A DNA stretch of 31,397 nucleotides, taken from a virus. Taxonomy: Duplodnaviria > Caudoviricetes. The translations under genes were made by a program, and so were the position numbers. Location: IMG/VR virus record IMGVR_UViG_3300020398_000011, positions 1 to 31,397 of that record; one strand, given 5' to 3'. Below the pieces are notes generated by a model. That model did not search any database. It saw nothing but the letters and a program-made list of their open reading frames with translations, and had not been told where the DNA came from. Shown one piece after another: positions 1 through 9,020 of this stretch (positions within the stretch are counted from its first letter, which is position 1; each line of letters opens with the position of its first letter).

Positions 1-84
1 GGTGTTTGTACTCCAGCTGGACCTGTAGCAGGTGCTGTAGTATCAGGAACTGGTATAGGAGCACCAGGAGCAGGATTAAGTTAA
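1..84 (+). CDS. 3' end of a partial ORF, Gly/Pro-rich C-terminus (...GVCTPAGPVAGAVVSGTGIGAPGAGLS*)
   Basis: Frame 1 is open from base 1 to TAA at 82-84, which overlaps the next ATG (TAATG). The peptide resembles the C-terminus of the next ORF. Confidence 0.6.
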   Translation, partial: GVCTPAGPVAGAVVSGTGIGAPGAGLS

Positions 85-350
85 TGGCATTGAATAAAGC
101 AACGTTAGCAATTGAAATAGAGAATGCATTTAGAACTTCTCAGACGGATTCTTCTCCTGCTTCTCGGACAACTTTAGCAAATGGACTTGCATTAGCAATT
201 TATAATTATTTAATTCAAGCAACGGTTTCAACAACTGTAACAGGAACTGCATCAGGAGGAGTAAATGCTAGTATACTGTCACCTCCGGCACCAGGTCCAA
301 TTATTGCTCCTGCTACTGTGGTTGCGACAGGACTTGGTACACTTTTATAA
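84..350 (+). CDS. Small hypothetical virion protein (88 aa, MALNKATLAIEIENAF...), helical N-half and Gly/Pro-rich C-half
   Basis: ATG at 84 is coupled to the upstream stop, with AGGAG/AGGA at 66-75. This is preferred over the track start at 6. It lies just upstream of gp25. Confidence 0.7.
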   Translation: MALNKATLAIEIENAFRTSQTDSSPASRTTLANGLALAIYNYLIQATVSTTVTGTASGGVNASILSPPAPGPIIAPATVVATGLGTLL

Positions 351-356
351 TAAATA
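349..356 (+). promoter_or_regulatory. T4-type late promoter box (AATAAATA) for gp25
   Basis: 7/8 match to the gp55 consensus TATAAATA, 5 nt before ATG 362, no SD. Confidence 0.6.
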
Positions 357-361
357 ATAAT

Positions 362-844
362 ATGGCTAATACTACGACAGAACAAGATTATTTAAGTATA
401 GGTGAAGGGTCAAATTTATTTGATGATGAAGCACGTTTCTTTTTTAAAAAACGAGCAAGGCTTACAGAATTTCGTGACTTAGATATTAAGTTTGGGAAAA
501 ATCCGTCAACTGGTGATGTAATTGTGAAAACAGGTGATATTGCGGTAAAGCAATCAATAAAAAATTTAATATTAACTGATTTTTATGAAAGACGAATGAG
601 ACCTGGAGTAGGTTCAGGCATTAAAAAAATATTATTTGAACCTGCAGATGTTATAACTGAAATTAGATTAAAAGATTTGCTCGTTGAAACTATAAAGAAC
701 TTTGAACAACGGGCTAATATTGAAAACATATCTGTTAAGACTACACGAGATGGATTAGGTTATGATGTAACTATTGTTTTTTCTGTTAAAGGCAAAAATC
801 AACCGATAACATTTCATACTTTTCTTGAAGCAAGCAAAGGATAA
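362..844 (+). CDS. gp25: Baseplate wedge subunit, gp25 / GPW_gp25 family
   Basis: Motifs DLDIKF..NPSTGDV, AVKQSIKNLILT..YER..RPGVGS.I..ILFE and IKNFEQR; directly precedes gp6. Confidence 0.9.
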   Translation: MANTTTEQDYLSIGEGSNLFDDEARFFFKKRARLTEFRDLDIKFGKNPSTGDVIVKTGDIAVKQSIKNLILTDFYERRMRPGVGSGIKKILFEPADVITEIRLKDLLVETIKNFEQRANIENISVKTTRDGLGYDVTIVFSVKGKNQPITFHTFLEASKG

Positions 845-846
845 TA

Positions 847-2721
847 ATGGCAGAACCTTCTAAATTACGTTTATCAGAATTAGATTTTGACCAACTTAGA
901 ACCAATTTTAAAAGTTATCTTGGAACACAAGATGAATTTAAAGATTATGACACCACTGGTTCTGCAATTTCTGTGTTATTAGATTTATTGGCATATAATA
1001 CTCATTTGAATTCTTATTATATGAACATGGTTGCCAACGAAATGTTTTTAGATACGGCTGTTAATAGAAATTCTATTATGTCATTGGCAAAAATGTTAGG
1101 ATATATGCCAAGGTCTAGAAAATCTGCTTTTGCCAATGTTAATATATCTGTTACTCCTACTGATAGTCCAACATCAATTACTATAGCAAAAAATACAAAA
1201 TTTAATACTTCAATTGAAGGGGTGTCTTTTACATTTGTTACGGATAAATCTTATTCAGCAGTAGCAAATAATGATAATTCAGCAGTATTGGTGGAAAATG
1301 TAAAATTAATACAAGGTGAACCTCTTTCATTTAGATATACTGCAAACACTGTTGATGGTTCTATTAAATATAAAATACCGAATCGAGGTGTTGATACGGA
1401 TACTATTTCAGTGGTATTACAAGACTCTGTAGAAAATAATACGCAAACAAAATATACATTAGCTACAGATTTATTAAGCATCAATTCTACGTCTAATGTT
1501 TATTTTATTGAACCTGATGCTGATGATACTTATCAAGTTAAATTTGGAGATGGAGTATTGGGTAGAAAGGAGAAGACTGGTAATATTGTAATTTTGAGTT
1601 ATAATATTACATCAGGAACTCTTGGAAATAGAGCAAGAACTTTTACTTCGGTTTCTACTGTAGGAGGATACAGTACCGCATCAGTGACAACGTTAAGTGC
1701 GTCAGTTGGTGGAGGAGATGTAGAAACTAATGATAGTATAAGATTTAATGCTCCTAGGCATTTGGAAGTTCAAAATAGAGCAGTTACGGCAACTGATTAT
1801 AAGAGAATTATTACACGAGATTATCCGCAAGCAGAATCGGTTATTGTTTATGGAGGTGAATATGCTGACCCTCCACAGTATGGAAAAGTGTTTATTGGGG
1901 TAAAACCAAAATCAGGCTTGGCCGTTACATCTTCTATTAAAAATTCAATACAAAATGATATTTTAAAGAAATATAATGTAGGGTCGATTACGACAGAATT
2001 TGTAGATATAGATTACATTTATCCTATGTTGATTTCTACTGTAAATTATGATTCAAGGTTGACGAGTAAGACGGAAGCCACACTTAAACAAAGTGTTTTA
2101 AATTCAATAACTACATTTTCTATAAATGAATTACAAGAATTTTCTAAGGAAATGAGACATTCAAAATTGAGTAGAATAATTGATGATACTGATACTTCTA
2201 TTGTTGGTAATACATTAACTTTAAACCTTAAAAAAACGTTTATTCCTACTCTCAATATAAAGTTAAATTATACAATAAAATTTAGCAATTCTGTATTTCA
2301 TCCACATACTGGACATGCAGGCGCATTAACTTCTAGTGAATTTAGTATTTTGGACGGTCAAGATATTTTAAGACAAACTTGCAAATTGGATGATTTAGAT
2401 GGTATAATTAGAGTTTACAGGATGGTAAACGGTGAAAAAACTATTATCAATGCTACTCAAGGAACTATTGATTATACCACAGGTAAGATAGTATTAAATT
2501 CTTTCAATCCATCAACATTTAATGGTTCTGCATTAGATATAATTGTAAAACCCACTTTAACTGATGTGACACCATTACGTGAACAATTAGTTTTAATTTC
2601 CAGCAGTAATATAAATTTAACTATGACTGATGTTGGAAGTGTTCGTTCTGGATTGACAAGTCAAATGGCACAACAACAAACAACATCAATAAGTGCAGTA
2701 ACTACAACATCAACGTATTAA
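847..2721 (+). CDS. gp6: Baseplate wedge subunit gp6
   Basis: Motifs ELDFDQLR.NFK.YL, LLDLLAYNTH, ANEMFLDTA..RNS...LAK.LGY.PRS, QNRAVTATDY and PPQYGKVFI; 624 aa. Confidence 0.95.
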   Translation: MAEPSKLRLSELDFDQLRTNFKSYLGTQDEFKDYDTTGSAISVLLDLLAYNTHLNSYYMNMVANEMFLDTAVNRNSIMSLAKMLGYMPRSRKSAFANVNISVTPTDSPTSITIAKNTKFNTSIEGVSFTFVTDKSYSAVANNDNSAVLVENVKLIQGEPLSFRYTANTVDGSIKYKIPNRGVDTDTISVVLQDSVENNTQTKYTLATDLLSINSTSNVYFIEPDADDTYQVKFGDGVLGRKEKTGNIVILSYNITSGTLGNRARTFTSVSTVGGYSTASVTTLSASVGGGDVETNDSIRFNAPRHLEVQNRAVTATDYKRIITRDYPQAESVIVYGGEYADPPQYGKVFIGVKPKSGLAVTSSIKNSIQNDILKKYNVGSITTEFVDIDYIYPMLISTVNYDSRLTSKTEATLKQSVLNSITTFSINELQEFSKEMRHSKLSRIIDDTDTSIVGNTLTLNLKKTFIPTLNIKLNYTIKFSNSVFHPHTGHAGALTSSEFSILDGQDILRQTCKLDDLDGIIRVYRMVNGEKTIINATQGTIDYTTGKIVLNSFNPSTFNGSALDIIVKPTLTDVTPLREQLVLISSSNINLTMTDVGSVRSGLTSQMAQQQTTSISAVTTTSTY

Positions 2722-2725
2722 AATC

Positions 2726-5700
2726 ATGTCCCTAGATTATCTTAAAGATACTGAAAATAATGCAATTACAAATTCTATTGTTCCTCTTATAGAAGGGCAG
2801 TTTCCGGAATTTATAAGAGAAGAAGGTGAACAATTTGTTAATTTTGTAAAAGCATATTATTCTTGGTTGGAACTTGCCGAACTTACTATTTCAGATACTG
2901 TTCAAAATGAATATAGAATGACTTTGGAAGATGATGATACTAATTTTTCCTTAGAAGATGGAACTACACTTACTCTTGAAAGTACACGAGAAACTACAAA
3001 TACGAATATTTTAAGTTCATTTGAACAAAATGAAATTATAACAGGACAGTCCTCAGGAGCGGTTGGAGTTGTAGACAGAGATTTGACAACTTCCAATACG
3101 AAAATTTTTGTTACTGGTCTTGAACGAACTAAATTTATAAATGATGAAGTTATTTTAGGAAGCAATAATAGGACTGTTGCTAAGATAACGACTTTTTATA
3201 AAAATCCATTATTTGCATCAAGGTCTTTAATGTCTCAAGTGGACATAGATTTAGCAGATGATGTGGCCTTAAATTTGATTAAAAAACAATTAGCAATTTC
3301 TTCACATGAAACTTTAAATATAGATAAAAGATTATTTTTTAAAAATGTTTATGATTTATATAGGTCTAAAGGTTCAGAATATTCTTATAATTTATTTTTT
3401 AAAGCATTTTTTAATATTCAAGATTTGGAGCTTTATCGTCCTAAAGTTGACCTATTTAAAGCGTCTTCAGGGAATTATACACAAGATTACGCATTAAGAA
3501 TTATAACGGATGATACGAATGATAAATTTGAATCACGTACAATTACAGGAAAAACTACAGGCTCAACTGCAATTGTAGACCGAGTAGAAAATTTTGTTTC
3601 TGGGGCTTTAGTAATTGTAGAATTATTTTTAACAGATATTAATGGAACGTTTATAGTAGGTGAAACAATTAATTCAAGCATGTTTGATGGTAATTTTGGT
3701 ACTGGTTTAGCACAAGGAGTTTTGGCTGATATTATTATTAATAGTGCTGGAACAAATTATAAAGTTGGAGATACCCTTACAATTTCTGGAGGTGGTGGTG
3801 TAGGTGCGGCTGCTCGTGTATCGCAGATAGGCACCGGAGCCATTACAGGATTTTCGATATTAGATGGAGGAGATGGTTTTATTAATACCACTGCTTTAAC
3901 TGTTAATAATTTTGCAACTGGAGGAACAGGAGTATCTGGAGATATTGATGAAATTGCACATACATTTACATTTTCTGTTAATGATGATGTAATTGGAAAT
4001 TTTACATCAACCGTTATAAATGATGCTGATGGTTATGAATTATCAGGAAATCCACAGGCTATTAGGACAGATAGAATTATTGATGCTTTAGGTTTTTCCG
4101 CTTTACAAATAGGAACAATATCTAATGTAAAGGCAACTGGTTTAGGTTCAGGATATGAATTGTCTCCTATTATTTCTGTTGTACAAGATAATATTAATAA
4201 ATTTAATGAAGTAGGTGTTGGAATTATTAATTTAAATCCTGACCCTGATGATATATCGGTTACGAATGCGATTACAGGAATATTTACTACTGGTGAAAGA
4301 ATCACTTCTAATAGTGGAAATAAAGTAGGGACATTTTTAGGGTTAGTAAGTGATACGTCTACAATTACGGACCCTCAAAGATTTAGAGCAAGACCTATCG
4401 AATATCAAGGAACTTTTGGTTCCGGTAGAAATGATTTAACTAGTTATACTTCAAATTATATTAATAAGGAGTCGGAGCCCGCCGAACCTTTCTTCTCTGC
4501 AATACCAACAGTATATGACATTCAATTAGAAGCACCTACATTTACAGGTACACAAGAAGACACTAATAAATTTGTTTTTAGACGAGGTATTAATGCAGTT
4601 AGTACAACTGAATCAACTAATACTGATACTACAATTGAATATACTGCCATTGGTACTACTATAACAGGAGCATTTCAAAAATTAGAATTTCCTGTTACCG
4701 AAATTATAAGTGATACTACAACTGCAACTGTAACAACTCCTAAAAAACATGGTCTTGATGATGGACAAAAAATTATATTGAGTGGAGCATCACCAACTGC
4801 ATATAATGGAGAAAAAATTATAGCAATAGTAACCCCAACTACATTTACTTATCCTGTTAGTGGGTCTCTTACTAGTCCCGCTGAAGGAACTATTATTTAT
4901 GATGAAAATGTTTCAGTTAAATTTACGTTACCTTTTGGACACAAGGATGATGATAGATTTTTAGTTTCTACTATTGATTTTGTATCAAATGAAGTAATTA
5001 CTGGATTTGATTCCTCCGCTTCGGCTAAAGTAAATACTGGAACTGCAATTGCTGGTGGAGGTATACGAGGTAATAATGCAGTGGTTGATGTTGCTGGGTT
5101 GGCTGCTGGTTCAATTAAAGAAATAGAAATTATTAATTTTGGTGTTGGTTATACGAGTGCTCCTGAATTATCGTTGGCGGATAAAGGTGGCGGAAATGCT
5201 ACTATTAGTTCTAAGATAGGTGCTATTGGAAAAAGTGTAGGTAGATATACCAATGAAGATGGAAGACCAAGTTCATCTAAAAAACTTTCGGATAGTAATT
5301 ATTATCAAGATTATAGTTATTCTTTAAGGACGGCAAAACAAATTAAAGATTATGAAGAAACTATCATTGATTTATTGCATCCTGCGGGCAGTAAATTATT
5401 TGGCGAATTTAGACCAGTAGCTCCGAGTTTGCAGATGGGATTTGACCATTTATTAACTTCTGAAGATGGTGACCATATTATGCTTGAGGAGGACGATAAT
5501 ATTTTAATGGAACAATATTATGCCCCTTCTCATAGTATTATTATGGACAAACTTCAAACAATTTCTGATGGAGGAACTGGAGGATTAATTACTATTACTG
5601 GAAATTCTAATATTATAACTGCTGATGTTGGACTCACAGACGAATTGGCATTAGAGGATGATACTGGAGTTCTTATTTTAGAAACGTTGGATAATTTCCT

Positions 5701-7201
5701 TTTACAGACTGCCACTCCTTCTATAGAATTTATTGACAATTATGTTGAAGGGTCTAAAATTATTATTGATGATGAACAAGCATTTGAAATAACGTATGGA
5801 GATTTATTATTAGAAAAAACATTGACAGGCACATTAAATTGTTCTTCCACTAATGTGTTATCATATATGACGTTGACAAATTCTTCTGCAAATTTTACAG
5901 TGGGAGAAACGGTATTTCAAGGTGAAACAGATGTATTGATTCTAAACAGTGATAATGGGATCACTTCTGGTCAAATTGTAGATTATCATATGACCTTAGA
6001 AACAACTAAATCTTCAATTCAAGGTATTACCAGAACATTATTGGTTGCAACTGCTACAACATCTTCTCCACACGGTTTAGTTAATGGTCAAACAATTACA
6101 ACAAGTGGTGCTAATCAGTCAGATTATAATGGAGAAAAAATTATAACAGTTACAAGTCATACTACATTTACATTTTCGTGTGACGATTCAACTACAACTC
6201 CTGCGACTGGTACAATAGTATATGATAATCCACGTTTTAGTGATGGGATTTTAACAAATGAAGATTCAACTTTAATGTTATTGGAATCTACGTTGGACCC
6301 TGTAATTGCTGAATCTGATGGACTAATGTTATTGGAAAATTCAAATAATACAGTATCAGATACCTTATTTATGGAAGTCCAAAACAATTCTGCAACTGGA
6401 ACTGTGAGTGAATATTATACAAATCCTTCTAATGTTAAAACTTTGGTAATACATACTACTGTCAATAGTTTTTCTCAAACTGCAAATGCAAATGGATCAA
6501 CATCTGGCGCAACTTCAAATGTCAGTTCTTTTGACAATAATCTTATTATTGGTGTAGATACTGATTTTGAAGGAGACTTGTCTGTAAATGATGTAATTAC
6601 GTTGCAAGGCGGTATAGACCAAATGCAGGTAATGAGTATTATAAATTCTACGGCTATTATTTGTAATACAACGATTGGAAATGGTACTGTTGTAACATTT
6701 GATAATAATATCTTACATTCTATGATTTTAGAATCTACTGTAAGAGGAACGACAAGTTCCAATGGAGTAAATGATGGTAATACTACATTAATAGGGTTAA
6801 ATACCAAATTTACTGAAGACGTATTATTGAATGATATTATTTCACTTAGTTCTAATATTGCGTTAACTGCACAAGTAATTTCAATTTCTGACAATACTAC
6901 TCTAGTGACTGATTCTGTATTGGGAGATGGTACTGTAGGAGTTACAATACAAAATCATTCGTATAAGAATCTTAATTTAGAACCTTCTGAAACTAATATG
7001 ACATTATCAGGAGCATATTCAGGTTCAAATAACTTTTTAGGTTATATTGATTCTTTGAGTACAGGATTTATTCAATTGGAAGATGGTATAGGATTATTAA
7101 ATGTGTTATATTCTTCGACTAATACTTCTTCTGGTAAATTTCAATTTGAAGAAACATCAACTTTTTCTAATGTTGAACCTAAGTTAATAGTTTCAGCATA
7201 A
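2726..7201 (+). CDS. gp7: Baseplate wedge initiator gp7-like protein with a long C-terminal extension
   Basis: Motifs QFPEFIRE..EQFVNFVKAYYSWLE, LYRSKGSEYSY.LFFKAFFN and DSNYYQDYSY...LLHPAGSKLFGE; lies between gp6 and gp8. Confidence 0.85.
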   Translation: MSLDYLKDTENNAITNSIVPLIEGQFPEFIREEGEQFVNFVKAYYSWLELAELTISDTVQNEYRMTLEDDDTNFSLEDGTTLTLESTRETTNTNILSSFEQNEIITGQSSGAVGVVDRDLTTSNTKIFVTGLERTKFINDEVILGSNNRTVAKITTFYKNPLFASRSLMSQVDIDLADDVALNLIKKQLAISSHETLNIDKRLFFKNVYDLYRSKGSEYSYNLFFKAFFNIQDLELYRPKVDLFKASSGNYTQDYALRIITDDTNDKFESRTITGKTTGSTAIVDRVENFVSGALVIVELFLTDINGTFIVGETINSSMFDGNFGTGLAQGVLADIIINSAGTNYKVGDTLTISGGGGVGAAARVSQIGTGAITGFSILDGGDGFINTTALTVNNFATGGTGVSGDIDEIAHTFTFSVNDDVIGNFTSTVINDADGYELSGNPQAIRTDRIIDALGFSALQIGTISNVKATGLGSGYELSPIISVVQDNINKFNEVGVGIINLNPDPDDISVTNAITGIFTTGERITSNSGNKVGTFLGLVSDTSTITDPQRFRARPIEYQGTFGSGRNDLTSYTSNYINKESEPAEPFFSAIPTVYDIQLEAPTFTGTQEDTNKFVFRRGINAVSTTESTNTDTTIEYTAIGTTITGAFQKLEFPVTEIISDTTTATVTTPKKHGLDDGQKIILSGASPTAYNGEKIIAIVTPTTFTYPVSGSLTSPAEGTIIYDENVSVKFTLPFGHKDDDRFLVSTIDFVSNEVITGFDSSASAKVNTGTAIAGGGIRGNNAVVDVAGLAAGSIKEIEIINFGVGYTSAPELSLADKGGGNATISSKIGAIGKSVGRYTNEDGRPSSSKKLSDSNYYQDYSYSLRTAKQIKDYEETIIDLLHPAGSKLFGEFRPVAPSLQMGFDHLLTSEDGDHIMLEEDDNILMEQYYAPSHSIIMDKLQTISDGGTGGLITITGNSNIITADVGLTDELALEDDTGVLILETLDNFLLQTATPSIEFIDNYVEGSKIIIDDEQAFEITYGDLLLEKTLTGTLNCSSTNVLSYMTLTNSSANFTVGETVFQGETDVLILNSDNGITSGQIVDYHMTLETTKSSIQGITRTLLVATATTSSPHGLVNGQTITTSGANQSDYNGEKIITVTSHTTFTFSCDDSTTTPATGTIVYDNPRFSDGILTNEDSTLMLLESTLDPVIAESDGLMLLENSNNTVSDTLFMEVQNNSATGTVSEYYTNPSNVKTLVIHTTVNSFSQTANANGSTSGATSNVSSFDNNLIIGVDTDFEGDLSVNDVITLQGGIDQMQVMSIINSTAIICNTTIGNGTVVTFDNNILHSMILESTVRGTTSSNGVNDGNTTLIGLNTKFTEDVLLNDIISLSSNIALTAQVISISDNTTLVTDSVLGDGTVGVTIQNHSYKNLNLEPSETNMTLSGAYSGSNNFLGYIDSLSTGFIQLEDGIGLLNVLYSSTNTSSGKFQFEETSTFSNVEPKLIVSA

Positions 7202-7204
7202 ATA
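7197..7204 (+). promoter_or_regulatory. T4-type late promoter box (CATAAATA) for gp8
   Basis: 7/8 consensus match overlapping the gp7 stop, 5 nt before ATG 7210, no SD. Confidence 0.6.
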
Positions 7205-7209
7205 ATTAT

Positions 7210-9012
7210 ATGCCTAATTTAGTTACAAACAAATTTAAAATTCATAATGCGGAACAATTTATAGAATCTCTTAGTGAAACTTCCGCCACATATTTATATC
7301 TTTTTGTAGGAAAAGTTGAAGCCTGGACAGATGAAACACTTGCTCCTGCTCCTACAGATTCTGTGTCAAATACTAGTTTTGATTATTGGCGGTCTATGAT
7401 TGCAGCAAAAAAACTTTCATCAGCAGATGTGAGTCACATTGTTCCGAGAATTAATTGGCAAACTCTAACTTCTTATACTGCATATAAACATACAAATAAT
7501 GAACAAACCTCAAATAATTTTTATATTGTGACAGATAATTTGAACATATATAAATGCCTTCAAAATAATGTGGCAAATGGTGTATCAACTATTAAACCTA
7601 CTGGTACGAGTTCAGGAATTATAGAATTATCTGATGGATATAAATGGAAATATATGTATACTATTTCTCCTCAAGAGGTTTTGAAATTTACAACATCAGA
7701 GTATATACCTGTTAAAAAAATTGGGGCCGTAAATGATGGTTCGGTACAATATATTATAGAGCAGACGGCTGTTGATGGTAGCATTGATGTAATGAATAGA
7801 ACTTCTAATGGAAATTTTTTGGTTGAAATATCTTCAAGTCCAACAGATTTGACAGGAAATGAATCAAGAGATTTTGTTGTAGGAGAGGTCATTACAGGAC
7901 AAACATCAGGTAATGAAGGAACGGTTATTACATTTGCATCTTCTGCCAATACAATGATATATTTTCCAGATGCTAATAATTTATTTATAAATAATGAAGT
8001 GCTTGTAGGAAATACTTCTGGTGCATATGGAACAATTAGTCAAGATGTTGTTTCTACATACAAATTTACTGAGAATATTTTTGTTTCTGTGACAAGTACA
8101 ACAGTATTGCAATTAGCAACGGATGCTAATACTACTGCTGATAGTGTTTATGTCGGTTCCACATTATATATTACAAATAATGCTGGACGTGGTGAACAAT
8201 CGACTATTTCATCATATGATTCGGCATTAAGACTGGTAACTGTTTCGACACCATTTACAGTTAGTCCAAATACCTCATCTGGTTATATGATAGGGCCGAC
8301 TGTTACTGTATCTGGAGATGGAACAGATGCTACTGCTAGAGCAGTTGGCAATTCTACGTTTGGAATAAAAGAAATTATTGTAAATAATAGAGGTATAAAT
8401 TATACAACTGCTTCTGCTACAATTTCTGCGAATTCTTCTCATGGTTCTGGAGCAACATCTGAAGTTATAATTAGTCCGGTTGGAGGACATGGTTTTAATG
8501 CTATTGAAGAACTTGGTGGCAATAGAACAATGATTGATTCTAGAATAACAGGAAATGAATCGGGATATTTTACTACGGAAAATGAATTTAGACAAGTAGG
8601 TTTATTGAGGGACCCATTACAAACTGCAAATGCGAATGCGTTTTTTACATCAGACCTTGCAGACCAATCTACGAAAATAACAATATCTTCTGTATCTGGA
8701 ACTTTTATTTCAGATGAAAAGGTCTATCAAGGAGATACTTTATCTACGAGTACTGCTAATGGAGTATTAGTGGATTTTCTAAATAATAATAAAATAAGAA
8801 TAAATAGATTGCAAGGAACTTTTGTATCTAATACAATGGTTTCTGCAATTACAGGGGCAACGTCTGGAGCAGCAGCAACAATTATTGATAATGGTGTTGT
8901 AAAACCAGATATGAAGCCTTATAGTGGAGATATTCTTTATATTGAAAATCGAACAAGTGTAACTAGAGCCTCTAATCAAATAGAAGATTTTAAAATAGTA
9001 CTGGAGTTTTAA
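7210..9012 (+). CDS. gp8: Baseplate wedge subunit gp8
   Basis: Motifs TNKFKIHNAEQF, YLFVGK..AW, IYKCLQN, DGYKWKYMYTI, SPVGGHG.NA.EELG and terminal SGDILYIENR..VTR..NQIEDFKIVLEF. Confidence 0.92.
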   Translation: MPNLVTNKFKIHNAEQFIESLSETSATYLYLFVGKVEAWTDETLAPAPTDSVSNTSFDYWRSMIAAKKLSSADVSHIVPRINWQTLTSYTAYKHTNNEQTSNNFYIVTDNLNIYKCLQNNVANGVSTIKPTGTSSGIIELSDGYKWKYMYTISPQEVLKFTTSEYIPVKKIGAVNDGSVQYIIEQTAVDGSIDVMNRTSNGNFLVEISSSPTDLTGNESRDFVVGEVITGQTSGNEGTVITFASSANTMIYFPDANNLFINNEVLVGNTSGAYGTISQDVVSTYKFTENIFVSVTSTTVLQLATDANTTADSVYVGSTLYITNNAGRGEQSTISSYDSALRLVTVSTPFTVSPNTSSGYMIGPTVTVSGDGTDATARAVGNSTFGIKEIIVNNRGINYTTASATISANSSHGSGATSEVIISPVGGHGFNAIEELGGNRTMIDSRITGNESGYFTTENEFRQVGLLRDPLQTANANAFFTSDLADQSTKITISSVSGTFISDEKVYQGDTLSTSTANGVLVDFLNNNKIRINRLQGTFVSNTMVSAITGATSGAAATIIDNGVVKPDMKPYSGDILYIENRTSVTRASNQIEDFKIVLEF

Positions 9013-9020
9013 GGATAATA

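Noticed and set aside
6-83. Track N-terminal extension of the first ORF (MYSSWTCSRCC...)
   Set aside because: It is an off-frame reading of the upstream gene's 3' end. The coupled ATG at 84 with an SD is the better start.
440-451. T6A6 palindrome / possible slippery site in gp25
   Set aside because: It encodes part of FFKK in an intact frame, I saw no useful shifted ORF or stimulatory structure, and it is expected in AT-rich DNA.
7981-7994. Second TATTTATAAATA palindrome inside gp8, and minus-strand TATAAATA hits at 7291, 15683 and 16423
   Set aside because: They are intragenic, explained by LFINN/YLY/FIY codons, and have no suitably placed gene start. Treated as background, though cryptic promoter activity is not excluded.
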